DNA of 64,000 bases from an uncultured delta proteobacterium (GCA_963789395.1 CAWBKP010000007.1:28075-92074), one strand, 5' to 3'. Shown: positions 44,677 to 56,047, numbered from the stretch's first letter. The notes: generated by a model not told the origin, from the letters alone. Numbers and translations are program-made.

Positions 44677-46260
44677 TTATTCCCACCGAATGGTTCTGGC
44701 CATGACACTGGTCAAATCCATCATTTCCATTTCGATCTCGCTTCCGATAAAAGGGTCTTCCATGGCACAGCGAAGATGAATCTGGCATTTGGGACAGGCG
44801 GTAACCAGAAGATTGCTTCCGGTCGCCTTGGCCTGTCGCAGGCGTTTGACCTGAAGGGCTTTGGAAAAACTGTCACAGCCCGTCCATGCGCAGTTGCCGC
44901 AGCAAAGCGCTGAAGCGCCCCGATCCCGCATTTCGGTAAAATCCCGGGGGTTCAGGCGCGCTATCAGTTTGCGGGGCAGATCCGGCCGGCCATCGAGCCG
45001 GCTCAGGCGGCAGGGATCCTGAAACGTCAGGGTGCGATCCAGTTTTTCAAAGCCGATGGCGCCCTTGCCGATTTCTTTTTCCGCCAGGTCAAAGAGATGG
45101 GTCACCTTGAAGTTGACGGCAATGCCCTGTTCCGGATAGTCGTGAGCCAGGGTTCGGTAACATTCGGGACAGGCGGTGACGACTTCCTCGATCCCTTTTC
45201 TTCGATGGCCGCCACATTCAGCCGGGCAAGCTTTAAAAAATTCTCCCGATCACCGGACCAGAGCAGATCGTGGCCGCAGCATCTTTCGCCTTCCAGAAGC
45301 GCGGGATGAATATCGAAAAAATTCAATAGCCGCAGGCCGTCGACCAGAATATCTCTTGTCCGGATTCCCAGATGCGCCTTGAAATAGGTGTCGAAATACG
45401 GCGCGCACCCGCCGAAAAAAAGGATTTTAGCGGCAGGATCCGTCCGGACATCATCGGGAAGCCACTCCCAGTGGCGAATATTTAGGTCCGGCGATGTCAT
45501 GGTGCGCATGAAAGACTGAAAAAACCCTTCATGGGCTTCACATCCTTTATTACCGGCCGCTTTCTGCAGCTGGCGCATGTCCCGGATGAATTCCGGAAAA
45601 TCCACGGCTGACGGACAGCGGTCATGGCAGAGTCCGCAGGTCAGACAGGACCATACATCTTTGACCACATCGGGCGATTCGCAGTTTCCGGCTATAATGG
45701 CGTTTGCCATGGCTCTCGGGGAAAAGGACTTGCCCGAAAGCGCAACGGGACATGCCGAAGAACATTTCCCGCAGTCCTGGCAGGCGAAGATGTCGTGGCT
45801 GTCCATGATCCGGGCTGCCGCTTCCTTTCCGATGGGCGCCGGCGCTTCCTGCGGGATCGGCGTCACCGGGCTCTTTCCCATGGTTTGAATGACCTGATGA
45901 AAGTCCTTGAAGAAACGTAAGGAGCGCATCCGATTCCTCGGGGAGAAACATGGCCGGGCGCAGGCGGTCTCCTCCCAGTCCCAGCAGGTCCAGAATGCCG
46001 CGCGTATCTTCAACGTTTCGTTCGGCGACATCCGTTCCGCTTCCGTAGCGGCAGGAACCGGGTTCGCAGCCGACCAGGGCAACCCCGTCGGCGCCCAGTT
46101 CAAACGCCCTGAAAAGAAGCGACTTGCTCATGCTGCCGGTACAGGGAATACGGATCATGCTGACTTCCGGAGGAATATCGGCGCCGCTGTCCTGAAGCGC
46201 CTGAAAAGCAGCATGCGGTCCCCAGTTGCAGATAAACAAGATGATTTTAAGTTTTTCCAT
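44677..46260 (-). CDS. MvhD - 4Fe-4S dicluster (HdrC-like) - CCG (HdrB/D-like) fusion, frameshifted
   Basis: FICNWGPH...RIPCTG...GCEPGSC; CQDCGKCSSACP, CLTCGLCHDRCP; ERCCGH, TFQDPCRLSR, CCG, ACPKC. Confidence 0.85.
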
Positions 46261-46321
46261 TACGGTCCCGAATTGTAAGACGTTATTGTTGTTGGTGTCT
46301 GAATAATCAATCGAATAAATT

Positions 46322-46455
46322 CAAAATCCGAAACACGAAATTCGAAACAATGATCCAATATTTCATGTTCAAAACCGCGTGTTTCCAATCTGATAATTTC
46401 GATCATTGGCATTTCGAATTTGTTTCGGATTTCGATATTCGATATTCGGATTTTG
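46322..46455. repeat. Imperfect inverted repeat built from 7-mer NNNCGAA units
   Basis: caaaatccgaaacacgaaattcgaaacaa (46322-46350) versus ttgtttcggatttcgatattcgatattcggattttg (46420-46455); inner caatgatc/gatcattg pair. Confidence 0.75.
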
Positions 46456-46497
46456 CCTGAATGGTCTTTTGTTCAGGCACTGCATTAACCACGCTGT

Positions 46498-49400
46498 TCA
46501 AAGCAGCAATTCCGCGATCATCTGATTGAGATATTTTCGATCCCGATACGGGCTGTCCGCGGCATTGGAGGGGCAGACGGCAATGCAGTTGCCGCAGCCC
46601 TTGCAAAGGGCCTCGTCCACGACGGCATACCAGCCTTCCACGGCATTGGGCCGAAAGCTTACGGCCTGGTAGGGGCAGACGGCAATGCATCGGCCGCAGC
46701 CCCGGCAGAGGGCATCATCCACGGATACCGTATATCCCTTGTTCTGCCGGGGGCTTCTGGGCATGGCCGCGGCGGCCAGCATGGCGGCAGCGGTTCCCTT
46801 GATGCGATCGGAAACCCCGATGCCCGAAGGATTGGCCAGGAAGAGCCCCGGAATGGAGGTTGCTCCCGGATTGAAAAAGGGGATTCCCGTCACCCCCTGC
46901 TTCTGCATGGCGGATTCCACGATATGGGCGGGCAGATCCGCCATCGGCATATAAGGGATGCGCTTTCGGGATTGCTCGCCCAGAATCACCGCACCGGCAT
47001 GCATGATCTGCTTGACCCCTCGGGTGTCCAGGGTCACCTCGAAATTTCCGACCGTCCCCCGCAGACGCTCAACCGAAGATTCGCCGAAATTGTGAATGTT
47101 GGGATGAACCAGGGTTTCGGACAGGGGCTTTTCGGGAGTTCCGAAGAGAAAAACCTCTATACCTGCCTGGGCAAGGGTCATGGCGCTTTTAAGGGCCGCT
47201 TCCGAATCGCCGATCACCGCCGTGGTGAAATTATAGGGCCGGGCAGGCGCCGGAAGCGCTTTCAGCCGGAAGGTTCTGTGGATGGAACGTTCAATAAGCC
47301 CTTTAAAGCGCTTTTCAGCCAGCGCCGGATCCGTTTTCAGCAGCCGCAGCACCTCGCCGCGCAGATTGCAGGTTTCCACCATGGCGCGGCTGATTCCGGT
47401 TCCGGAAAACAGCGCGTGCTTGAGACGGCTTCGCTGGTCCGTACAGGCGCTGCAGATAAAATCCAGCGGGCAGCAGACGCATGAAGCCAGAACCACGCGG
47501 GTAAGCCCCTTCTCGCGGATGGTGCGAATCAGCGCCGCCGACCCTTCCGGCGTGCAGGCCGATGACAGGACCTCGGCATGCTCGATATGGGGCTGTCCGC
47601 AAAGCCCCGCCACATAGTCGCTTAGATCTGCGGACCATCCCAGCGCGTCGTTGCATCGGCAGACAAAAACGCCCAACCGGATATCCGGAGAGAGCCGGGG
47701 ATCCGGGGGCGAAAAGGCCAGGCCATGCCCTTTGAGCCGCTGAGATCCGCCGCCAAGAATCAGCATGGCATCGGCGGCTGCGGCAAAGCCCCGGAGGGTC
47801 AGGGCGTGGACATCGTTTTTTGCGGCTTTGGTGCTGTATGCCCGGATGATATCGTCTCCCTTGATGGCGGGACTGGCATCGGGATCGGCGATGATGACGA
47901 TCCCGGCCTGCTCGACACGGTCTTCGGACGCTTCCCCGTGCCGGATGGCGCCGGCTGCCTCGCAGGCGGTCACACACTCGAGGCATTCGGAACAGACCCC
48001 GCACTGAAGGCATCGGGCCGCCTCAAAGCAGACCTGAGATGCGTTCAGCCCCAATGCCACTTCCGCAAAATTGCCTGCACGCGCTGCCGGCTGCCTCTCC
48101 GGCATATGGGCCCGGGCAAGGGAGGGAATGTCCGGGCGTGATTGCCGCAAAATCCCTGTCATGCGGTCTTTTGGGCAAGTGGTTGAAAGTTGTTTTTCTC
48201 CGCTCAGATTCAGGTGCACCGCACGGGCCGTCTTTCTGCCGGATGCCATGGCCTTTACGACCGACGAAGGCCCTTCAGCCGCATCCCCTGCCGCATACAC
48301 GCCGGGAATTCCGGTGCCGCAATCGTCATTCAGCTGCAGTGTTCCGTTTGGATGGATCGCGACAAACGGACCGAACTGAAGCGGATCGGCAGTCTGGCCG
48401 ATGGCAACAAAAGCCCTGTCAAAATCCAGATCAAAGGGCTCTGTTCCCGGAACCAGGACCGGCCAGGGAATGCCGGCAGCGTCCGGCGGACCGGGTCGGG
48501 TGGCTGCACAGCGAAGCGTGCCAAGCTTGCCATCGGATCCGGTAAAGGCTACGACTTTAACGCTGTCCTGAATGGATATTCCCTCTTCCCTTGCAGCGGC
48601 AATCTCTGCGGCATCCGCCGGAATGAGCGCTTCCGGAAACCAGGAGAGCACGGTCACCCGGGCGCCCAGGCGGGCCAGGGTTCTTGCCAGATCAAAGGCG
48701 GCATTTCCATCCCCGATTACGGCAGCGGTTCCCCTGACTTCCTTGATTTCACCGCGATACAGCCGGGTCAGAAAATCCAGACAGCCCATAACGCCTTTCA
48801 GATCTTCGCCGGGAACGCCCAGCTTTCGATCTTTCCAGACGCCGAGGGCAAGGATAACGGCAGCAAATTCTTTTTTCAGCTCTGAAAAACCGCCGGACAG
48901 GTCCACGGGCGTGCCGGTTCGAAATGCAACCCCCAGTTGTTCAATGAAAGCGATTTCCCGATCCAGAATCTCTCTTGGCAGTCGATGGGGCCCCAGGCCG
49001 TATCGAAGCAGCCCCCCCGCCAGTGTTTCCTTCTCGAAAACCGTCACCGGATATCCGAGGCGAGCCAGATCCGCGGCAGCGGAAAGGCCCGCAGGGCCGG
49101 ATCCGATAATGGCAATGCGGTGCGGCCGGTGCGACGCGACGGGTGATTTGACATCCCGCGGATGGGAAAGCTCGTAGTCCGCAACGAAACGCTTGATATC
49201 CCGGATGGCAACGGGTTCATCCAGTTCCGCCCGCCGGCAGGCGATTTCGCAGGGATGCGTGCAGACCCTGCCGCAGATGCCGGGAAGGATGTTGTCCCGG
49301 CGAATCAGATCCAGGGCTTCCGGAAATTTTCCGGCCTTGGCAAGGGCCACATATCCTTGCGCATTGACTCCCAGCGGACAGTTGGCCTGGCACAGGGGCT

Positions 49401-49851
49401 GACGGCGCTTGTCGATGACGGGATGGCCGGGAAGACTCTGCCTGCCGCCGGATCGAATGGGCTTTGTCCCATCCGCTGACACTGCCGGACACGCTTCCAT
49501 GCAGCGCCCGCACAGCGTGCACCGGTCCGGATCGATAAAGGCCGCGGGGCTGTTGATGCGGGCGCAAAACCCCTGCGGCGTGTGCTTCAGGGAGCGGATG
49601 CTGCCGGGAAAAACGCAGCGGATGTGCGGGTTTCGAAGAATCCGCAGCAGTCCGGGCCGGTGGGCATAGTTCAGGGGAACGCCGGAGGCAAGGCGCCACG
49701 CTTCGCACGACAGTTTCCGGTTCAAATCCGGGTCCGCATCCACCAGGGTAACCGGAACACCGATTTCTCCCAGCTTATTGGTCGCGGCAATTCCGGCAGG
49801 CGTTGCGCCGATGACCAGAACCCGGTACAGGCGATCTTTTGGGTTTCTCAT
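46498..49851 (-). CDS. HdrL-like FAD/Fe-S oxidoreductase (HdrA fragments with an inserted GltD/NfnB-like NAD(P)H module)
   Basis: VLVIGATPAG, CTLCGRC, CQANCP..CGRVCTHPCE, IIGSGPAGL, GGLLRYG, YAAGDA..GP, GVFVCRC, ETCNLR, C-terminal 2x CxxCxxCxxxCP. Confidence 0.85.
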   Translation of the reverse strand: MRNPKDRLYRVLVIGATPAGIAATNKLGEIGVPVTLVDADPDLNRKLSCEAWRLASGVPLNYAHRPGLLRILRNPHIRCVFPGSIRSLKHTPQGFCARINSPAAFIDPDRCTLCGRCMEACPAVSADGTKPIRSGGRQSLPGHPVIDKRRQPLCQANCPLGVNAQGYVALAKAGKFPEALDLIRRDNILPGICGRVCTHPCEIACRRAELDEPVAIRDIKRFVADYELSHPRDVKSPVASHRPHRIAIIGSGPAGLSAAADLARLGYPVTVFEKETLAGGLLRYGLGPHRLPREILDREIAFIEQLGVAFRTGTPVDLSGGFSELKKEFAAVILALGVWKDRKLGVPGEDLKGVMGCLDFLTRLYRGEIKEVRGTAAVIGDGNAAFDLARTLARLGARVTVLSWFPEALIPADAAEIAAAREEGISIQDSVKVVAFTGSDGKLGTLRCAATRPGPPDAAGIPWPVLVPGTEPFDLDFDRAFVAIGQTADPLQFGPFVAIHPNGTLQLNDDCGTGIPGVYAAGDAAEGPSSVVKAMASGRKTARAVHLNLSGEKQLSTTCPKDRMTGILRQSRPDIPSLARAHMPERQPAARAGNFAEVALGLNASQVCFEAARCLQCGVCSECLECVTACEAAGAIRHGEASEDRVEQAGIVIIADPDASPAIKGDDIIRAYSTKAAKNDVHALTLRGFAAAADAMLILGGGSQRLKGHGLAFSPPDPRLSPDIRLGVFVCRCNDALGWSADLSDYVAGLCGQPHIEHAEVLSSACTPEGSAALIRTIREKGLTRVVLASCVCCPLDFICSACTDQRSRLKHALFSGTGISRAMVETCNLRGEVLRLLKTDPALAEKRFKGLIERSIHRTFRLKALPAPARPYNFTTAVIGDSEAALKSAMTLAQAGIEVFLFGTPEKPLSETLVHPNIHNFGESSVERLRGTVGNFEVTLDTRGVKQIMHAGAVILGEQSRKRIPYMPMADLPAHIVESAMQKQGVTGIPFFNPGATSIPGLFLANPSGIGVSDRIKGTAAAMLAAAAMPRSPRQNKGYTVSVDDALCRGCGRCIAVCPYQAVSFRPNAVEGWYAVVDEALCKGCGNCIAVCPSNAADSPYRDRKYLNQMIAELLL

Positions 49852-50455
49852 GCGCCGGCTCCTTTCCTGCCTTCCGCCTTTTTCCGGCGTCCCTTGAGCG
49901 TTGCCAGGCCGAAATCATGGCCTTTGTCAAATGCCGCCAGATTCAGTGCTTCCGTTCCTCTGGGAACGGAGCCGGTAACCGTGCTCCGGGCCGCATCCAG
50001 CGAAATGGCATTGGTGACCGCCGTAAAAAAACCCACCATGACGATATTGGCCATCATCTTTCTGCCCAGCTCCTCGGCCATGCGCGTTGCCGGGATGGCG
50101 AAACAGTGCGGTTCCGGACGCATCTCCGGTATTGACCAGATTCTGATCGACGATCAGAATGCTGCTGCTCCTTGATCAGATCCGCGTACTTGTCGAATCC
50201 GCCCTGGGACATGCACACCAGAATGTCCGGCCGGCGCACATACGGGAAATGAATGAATCCGTCGGAAATGATCACCTGGGCGCTGCACGCACCGCCGCGG
50301 GCCTCGGGTCCATAGGACTGAGTCAAGGTGCTTTCCTTGTGGTCGATGAGGCTTGCGGCTTTTCCCACAATCTGGCCGGCCAGCACAATGCCCTGGCCGC
50401 CAAAACCCGTAATGACGATTTCCATCTTTGCACTGGCATTCGGTTTTGATGTCAT
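49848..50455 (-). CDS. 2-oxoacid:ferredoxin oxidoreductase gamma subunit, frameshifted
   Basis: ITGFGGQGIVLAG, QSYGPEARGG, ANIVMVG, NLAAFDKG. Confidence 0.9.
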
Positions 50456-50478
50456 ACAAGATTCCTGAGTGCGATGAA

Positions 50479-51325
50479 TCATGCAAATTGCGGCCGGCAC
50501 GTTCTGTCATAATTCTCTGAAAAGGTCGGCCGTTCCTGATCGATAAATTTACCCAGCGTAATGCTGTTGCCAAAGTCCATCACCGCTTCCATCGGGTGTG
50601 CGCCGTTTTTGATGATCGTGCGCTCCTGGTAGATCTTCGAGCGTATCCAGCGACTTTTCCTTGTTCTTCCGGCCATAGCCGGTCGGACAGGGAGCCAGCA
50701 CCTCGATAAAGGAAAACCCCCGATGATTCAGGGCTTCTTCAATGGATTTGGTCAGATCCCGCGTGTGCAGAATGGTCCACCGGGCCACGTAGGTGGCGCC
50801 CGATGCAAAGGCCAGCAGGGGAAGGCTGAACGGCGGGTCCGGGTTTCCGCGGGGGGTGGTGGTGGTTTTGGCCATGCAGGGGGTGGTGGCTGCCGCCTGA
50901 CCGCCGGTCATGCCGTAGATCAGGTTGTTCACGCAGACCACCGTGATATCGATGTTGCGCCGGGCCGCATGGATGAAGTGATTCCCGCCGATGGCGAACA
51001 GATCGCCGTCCCCGCTGAATACCACCACGTTAAGCTCGCGGATTGGCCAGTTTCATGCCGGTTGCAAAGGGAATGGCCCGGCCGTGCGTGGTATGATAGG
51101 AATCGAGCCGGGTGTATCCGGCCCCGCGGCCCGAACAGCCGATGCCGGAAACCATCACGGTTTTATTCAGATCGATGCCGCTGGCCTGCATGGCGACCAT
51201 GCAGGAAGAAAACGCCGTCCCGATGCCGCATCCCGGACACCAGATGTGGGGAATGCGGTCTGTTCGCAGCAGCGCATCCAAGGGATGATTCGGGGATGAT
51301 CCGGCCGGGTTTTCACTTTTTCCAT
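50479..51325 (-). CDS. 2-oxoacid:ferredoxin oxidoreductase beta subunit, frameshifted
   Basis: HIWCPGCGIG, SGIGCSGR, HTTHGRA, TPP motif GDGD...NN.IYGMTGGQ, PCPT. Confidence 0.9.
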
Positions 51326-51355
51326 TTTCACTCCCAGTTATCTGAAGGCATTGGC

Positions 51356-52503
51356 CTAAAAAGCGGTTTTAAGGGTCTCGAGGATCCGCTCCGGCGGAAT
51401 GACCGCACCCCCCGGATGCCCGACCAGAAAGGCGGGGACCCTGGCGCCGGCACACCGTTGAACTTCCAGGTGAATCTGACCCAGGTTGATCTCGACCGTC
51501 ACGAAACCGCGCACCCTTTCCGCCAGTTTTTGAATCAGCTGTTCCGGAAAGGGCCAGACGGTGATCAGCCGCAGCAGCCCCGCCCTGATGCCCTGTTCCC
51601 TGGCTTCATCCACTGCCGCCAGGCTGCTGCGGGCCGAGATGCCATAGGATACAATGACGATTTCGGCATCCTCCATGCCGGTAGCTTTCCGTCCGGATGA
51701 TGTCATCGAGGTTGTTTCGAATCTTCCGGGTCAGCCGGTCCATCATCTCGATCTGCGTTTCGACGTTCATGCCGGGGTAGCCCCGTTCATCGTGGGTCAG
51801 GCCGGTCACATGAATGCCGTACCCTTCGCCGGCAATGGCCATCGGCGCAACGCCATTGGGGCCGGGCTGGAATGGCTTGAACCGGTCTTTTCTGCCCTTT
51901 GGCGCCGGCCGGTGCCGCAGCTTGATGGCGCCGGCTTCCGGAATGACCACCCGCTCGCTCAGGTGTCCCGTGACTTCATCCGTCATGACCAGAACCGGGG
52001 TCCGGTAGGTTTCACTCAGATTAAAGGCCGTGATCGTCAGATAGAAAAGCTCCTGCGGCGATGCCGGCGCCAGGGCGATGATTTCATAATGGCCGTGAGA
52101 CCCCCACCTTGCCTGCATCATGTCCCCCTGGGCCCCCAGGGTGGGCAGTCCCGTGGAGGGACCTGCCCGCTGAACATTGACCACCACGCACGGGGTTTCC
52201 GTGCAGATGCCGAGCCCCAGGTTTTCCATGATCAGGCTGAAGCCCGGGCCCGGAGGTGGCGGTCATGCTCTTGACGCCGGCGCAGGAAGCCCCGAGAATC
52301 GAGGCCATGGCGGCGATTTCATCCTCCATCTGCACAAAGGTGCCGCAGACATCGGGAAGACGGGCGGCCATGTGTTCGGCGATTTCGGTGGCCGGCGTAA
52401 TGGGATACCCCCCGAAAAAAAGGCACCCTGCCGCCAGAGCTCCCTCTGCGCAGGCCACATCGCCCGTCATAAAATGTTCACCGGTTAGCACTGCTGGTTT
52501 CAT
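51356..52503 (-). CDS. 2-oxoacid:ferredoxin oxidoreductase alpha subunit, frameshifted
   Basis: GYPITPATEI, QMEDEIA, TATSGPG, QRAGPSTGLPT, TGLTHDERG, EINLGQ. Confidence 0.92.
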
Positions 52504-52542
52504 ACAGTCGCTTTCATTCGTATGGGTGATCAGTCTCGAACT

Positions 52543-52842
52543 TCAGTCGCAAACTCCGGAAGAACGGCCTGCTATCGGCAATTCCGGCGGAATTTCCAGT
52601 GAGTAGATGGCAAAATCCGGACAGATGGTTTCACAGTAATGGCAGTTCACGCAGTCATCCGGCTTTTTGACCAGGGGCGGGTGGTAGCCTTTGACATTGT
52701 ATCTGGAAGACAGCTCCAGCACATCGCGGGGGCAGTAGGCAATGCAATAGCCGCAGCCCTTGCATCTTTCTTCAACAATCACCACGATGCCTCGGGAAAC
52801 CTCAATTTCCTTCGAATCCAGAGGAACTCGCCAATATTTCAT
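52543..52842 (-). CDS. 2x[4Fe-4S] ferredoxin, delta subunit of the 2-oxoacid oxidoreductase
   Basis: CKGCGYCIAYCP and CVNCHYCETICPDFAI; first gene of the operon. Confidence 0.9.
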   Translation of the reverse strand: MKYWRVPLDSKEIEVSRGIVVIVEERCKGCGYCIAYCPRDVLELSSRYNVKGYHPPLVKKPDDCVNCHYCETICPDFAIYSLEIPPELPIAGRSSGVCD

Positions 52843-53125
52843 ATGCGCCTGTCCTTTAAGATGCTGAATACGGATTGTCCGGCAGATGAACCGGCGGTAT
52901 CAAACCCGCCGGATGGTCTTTGGAATAAAGAGCGGACAAGAAGCTTTGCTTATTATGCATTCATTCAAGCATGTCAAGTTTATTTTGTTCTTGAATTCAA
53001 TTTTATTGGAGTTGGGGTGATAATTTTACAGGGGGTATCACAAACATTCTCTTGATGAGCGCAGAATAGTCATTGGGTAGTGCTCGGAGATATAGCATCT
53101 ATTGACATGCTCAAAAGCCGGAAGA

Positions 53126-53149
53126 CAATCACGATTGTGATTGCAATCA
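53126..53149. promoter_or_regulatory. Overlapping palindromes, candidate transcription-factor operator
   Basis: caatcac-gatt-gtgattg (53126-53143) overlaps tgattgcaatca (53138-53149), just downstream of TTGACA at 53102. Confidence 0.4.
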
Positions 53150-53201
53150 TGCATAATAATGATAATATACAGTCATAATCGATGCGCATGCGGAGGCAGA
53201 T

Positions 53202-53441
53202 ATGCAAGTAAGCTATATGATTTATAAGCCCCCACAAACAAGCTACAGCTCAACAGCAATCTTCTTCGGCAAGCAGAAAAATCACATGAATCGTTCAAAC
53301 GTGTTGGAAAAGTGCCTTGCCGAGATGCTGGTCCAAGATAAACACTGTGCATGGAATGAAGCAGAATATGACGCCATTGAGTCATACATCCGAAGAATTG
53401 AAGCCTGCGGCATTTTCAGCGATGGCTTGAGAACGTTCTGA
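53202..53441 (+). CDS. Hypothetical small protein
   Basis: GGAGG RBS before the ATG; ends 24 nt before the next gene; no recognised family. Confidence 0.35.
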   Translation: MQVSYMIYKPPQTSYSSTAIFFGKQKNHMNRSNVLEKCLAEMLVQDKHCAWNEAEYDAIESYIRRIEACGIFSDGLRTF

Positions 53442-53465
53442 TTATCGAAAAATAAGGAGGGATTC

Positions 53466-54341
53466 ATGGGTGAAAATTGGCTGTCAAATGCATATGATGG
53501 GATGTCCCGAAGGCAGTTTCTGGCTCGGATGAGCGCAGCAGGCATCGGCCTGGCCGGCTTTGCGATGGCCGCGGAATCCGTGGCAGGAGAAGTTATCACC
53601 ACGCCCGGCGACGGTATCATCACAACGGACGGGGTGGTGTCTGCCGATAATTTCAAGATTCCCATTTACGAGGCACGCCCCTCAGCCTCCGGGAAATACC
53701 CTGTTGTCATCGTCATTCCGGAAATCTTCGGAATGCACGAGCATATCAAGGATGTCACCCGCCGCTTTGCCAGGGAGGGGTTTCTGAGTATCACTTTCGA
53801 GCCGTATGCACGGGAAGGCGGTGTTTTGAATCTGCCGGACATCGATTCGGTCCGCAAAGTGGTCGATCCGGTTCCGGATGCGCGGGTCATGGGAGATCTG
53901 GATGCCATCATGGCCCATGCGACAAAGCATCCGGCAGGGCAGGCGGATCGAGTCGGCGTGACCGGATTCTGCCGGGGCGGCATGTACACCCTGCTCTTTG
54001 CCGCTCACAACCATGGGATAAAGGCTGCAGTGGCCTGGTACGGCCAGATTCGGCCTGCCAAAACGCCGGGTGTGCGGTCGTTCGGGCCGCTTGATGTCGC
54101 GGAGAAAATCACCTGTCCGGTCCTTGGCCTGTATGGCGAAGCGGATATGGGCATCCCCGCAGCCGATGTCAAGGAAATGGAGGCAGCACTTAAAGCCGCC
54201 GGAAAGACCGCCGAGTTTGTGCTTTACCCGGGGGCGCCACATGCGTTCTACGCGGACTACCGCCCCAGCTACCGGCCTGAAGCCGCCAAGGACGCCTGGG
54301 GCCGCTGCGTGGCATGGTTTGACAAGTACCTGAAAAAATAG
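53466..54341 (+). CDS. Dienelactone hydrolase family protein with Tat signal
   Basis: SRRQFL twin-arginine motif, PEIFG, nucleophile GFCRGG, YPGAPHAF. Confidence 0.92.
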   Translation: MGENWLSNAYDGMSRRQFLARMSAAGIGLAGFAMAAESVAGEVITTPGDGIITTDGVVSADNFKIPIYEARPSASGKYPVVIVIPEIFGMHEHIKDVTRRFAREGFLSITFEPYAREGGVLNLPDIDSVRKVVDPVPDARVMGDLDAIMAHATKHPAGQADRVGVTGFCRGGMYTLLFAAHNHGIKAAVAWYGQIRPAKTPGVRSFGPLDVAEKITCPVLGLYGEADMGIPAADVKEMEAALKAAGKTAEFVLYPGAPHAFYADYRPSYRPEAAKDAWGRCVAWFDKYLKK

Positions 54342-54560
54342 CGCCGGACACGATAGAAGAAGCCCTATCTTTTACACAGAGAGTGGCTTACTCGGCGCCG
54401 CTGGCCTGCCGGGACCGGACGAAACGTACTGTAGCAGGGCCGCTATAACCACGGGAGCAACCAGCAACCCAACGGAAATTTTCAGGTATGCTTCGGGCGA
54501 TACGTTCCAGAGTACACTCAATTGAAATCTTGGCTTCCTGAATCCGGCAAGGCATTATTA

Positions 54561-56047
54561 TTAAAGAATCGACACAGCAGCCATCCGGCGAGGCAGGGTG
54601 ATAACAAAGCAGGCTCCCTGACCGGAATTGGAACCCACGGTGATGCGTCCCCCGTGCTGACGGATTACCTTTCGGGTAATAAAAAGTCCGATACCTGTAC
54701 CTCTAATACCCTTGGATGAATAGAAAAGCTGAAATATCTGCTGGATCTGGTCATCATCCATGCCCGGACCGTTGTCTGAGATCTCGAATACGACTTGTTC
54801 CGCATCCCCGTGGGCGCAAAACCGGATGCGGTGAGCCAGAGAGCGATTGTCTGTCGATGCACGCCTCCATGGCGTTTTCCAAAATGTTGATCAGTGCCGG
54901 CCGCAAAATGTTGCAATCAATGCGGAATTTTCCAATGTTTTTTGAAAAATCGGTTTTAAAAGCAATGTTGGCGGCCCGAATTCGCGTCTCCATGGATTCG
55001 GCCAGATCCTTGACAAAAGGCCAGACATCGAGGGTCTCCAGATTCAAGTCCCTCTCCTTTGAGTAGTAAAGGATATTCTGTACGAGCTTGCTGATCCGGT
55101 CGATCATCAGTTTGGTAACATCGATACCTTCTTCGATGCGGGCCGGCTTGTTTCGGTAAAAGCCTGTTTCGATGAGATAGAGACTGGCATCCAGGCCAGT
55201 GAGACAACTCTTGAGACTGTGGGAGGTGGTGCCGATCATCAGGCCCAGGGCCGACAGGTTTCCCTGCATGCGCCGCAGTTCGGAAATATCCATGAAATAG
55301 CCCAGCGCCGCCCGTCGGCCCTCGTGGGCAACTGAGGTGACGGTTTCCAGTATCCAGTGGGTCTGTCCGGTTTTGTCCTTAACGCAAAACTCGTATGGTT
55401 TATCGCTGTTGCCCTTGATCATGGACACGGCGTTTTGGCGCACGGCGTCACGGAAATCTTCGTGCACGATTTCCAGCGGATTGGTTCCCATCAGTTCTTT
55501 TTCAGAGAAGCCAGTGATGCGGACAAACTCGGGGTTGACATATCGAAACTTTCCATCTTGGACGATGTAGCTGCCAATCAAGGATTTTTGCCTGCTGTGG
55601 ATGAATTGCATGTCTGCGATCCGCATTTCTGTATTGTCACGGATGAACCCTTCAAGAGACAGGGGTCGTCCGTCTTTTTGGTCGCGCTGGACAATCCAGC
55701 GGTCCTGGAGCCAGCGAATCGTCCCATCGGAATAGGCGACGCGGTAATGAACCTCGCCCTTGTTTAAGCCGGCTTCTATTGATTTTCCGATGGCATGAGG
55801 GACGGTCCTGCGGTCATCCGGATGAATGCTCGGCATCACCTTTTCGACAGAAATCCGGCGTCCCGTTTTTGCAGGCAGGCGGAAAATTTCCCTGAAGGCA
55901 TTGTTGAAGAAAAGGAAATTCCGTGATGTCAGGTCGTAGTGGTAGATGGCATCCTGGGAGCGGTCAGCCAGGCGACTCGATGTCCTTAAAGAAGTCGGAA
56001 AAGGCCGTTTTAGCCGGTCGCCGACCGGTTTTGTTTTTTTCAGCCAT
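54561..56047 (-). CDS. PAS-PAS sensor histidine kinase, frameshifted at both ends
   Basis: IHPDD, RDNTE, second PAS, H-box SHSLKS, N-box NILENAMEA, FYSSKG..GTGIGL, QHGGRI. Confidence 0.88.

Noticed and set aside
46322..46455. CRISPR array
   Set aside because: Units are 7-mers in inverted arrangement with no unique spacers and no cas genes.
52891..52912. ccggcgg/ccgccgg hairpin in the kor leader as a riboswitch
   Set aside because: A single 7-bp stem with no aptamer consensus.
54342..54560. Possible ncRNA or gene remnant between convergent genes
   Set aside because: No tRNA cloverleaf, known motif or convincing ORF seen.
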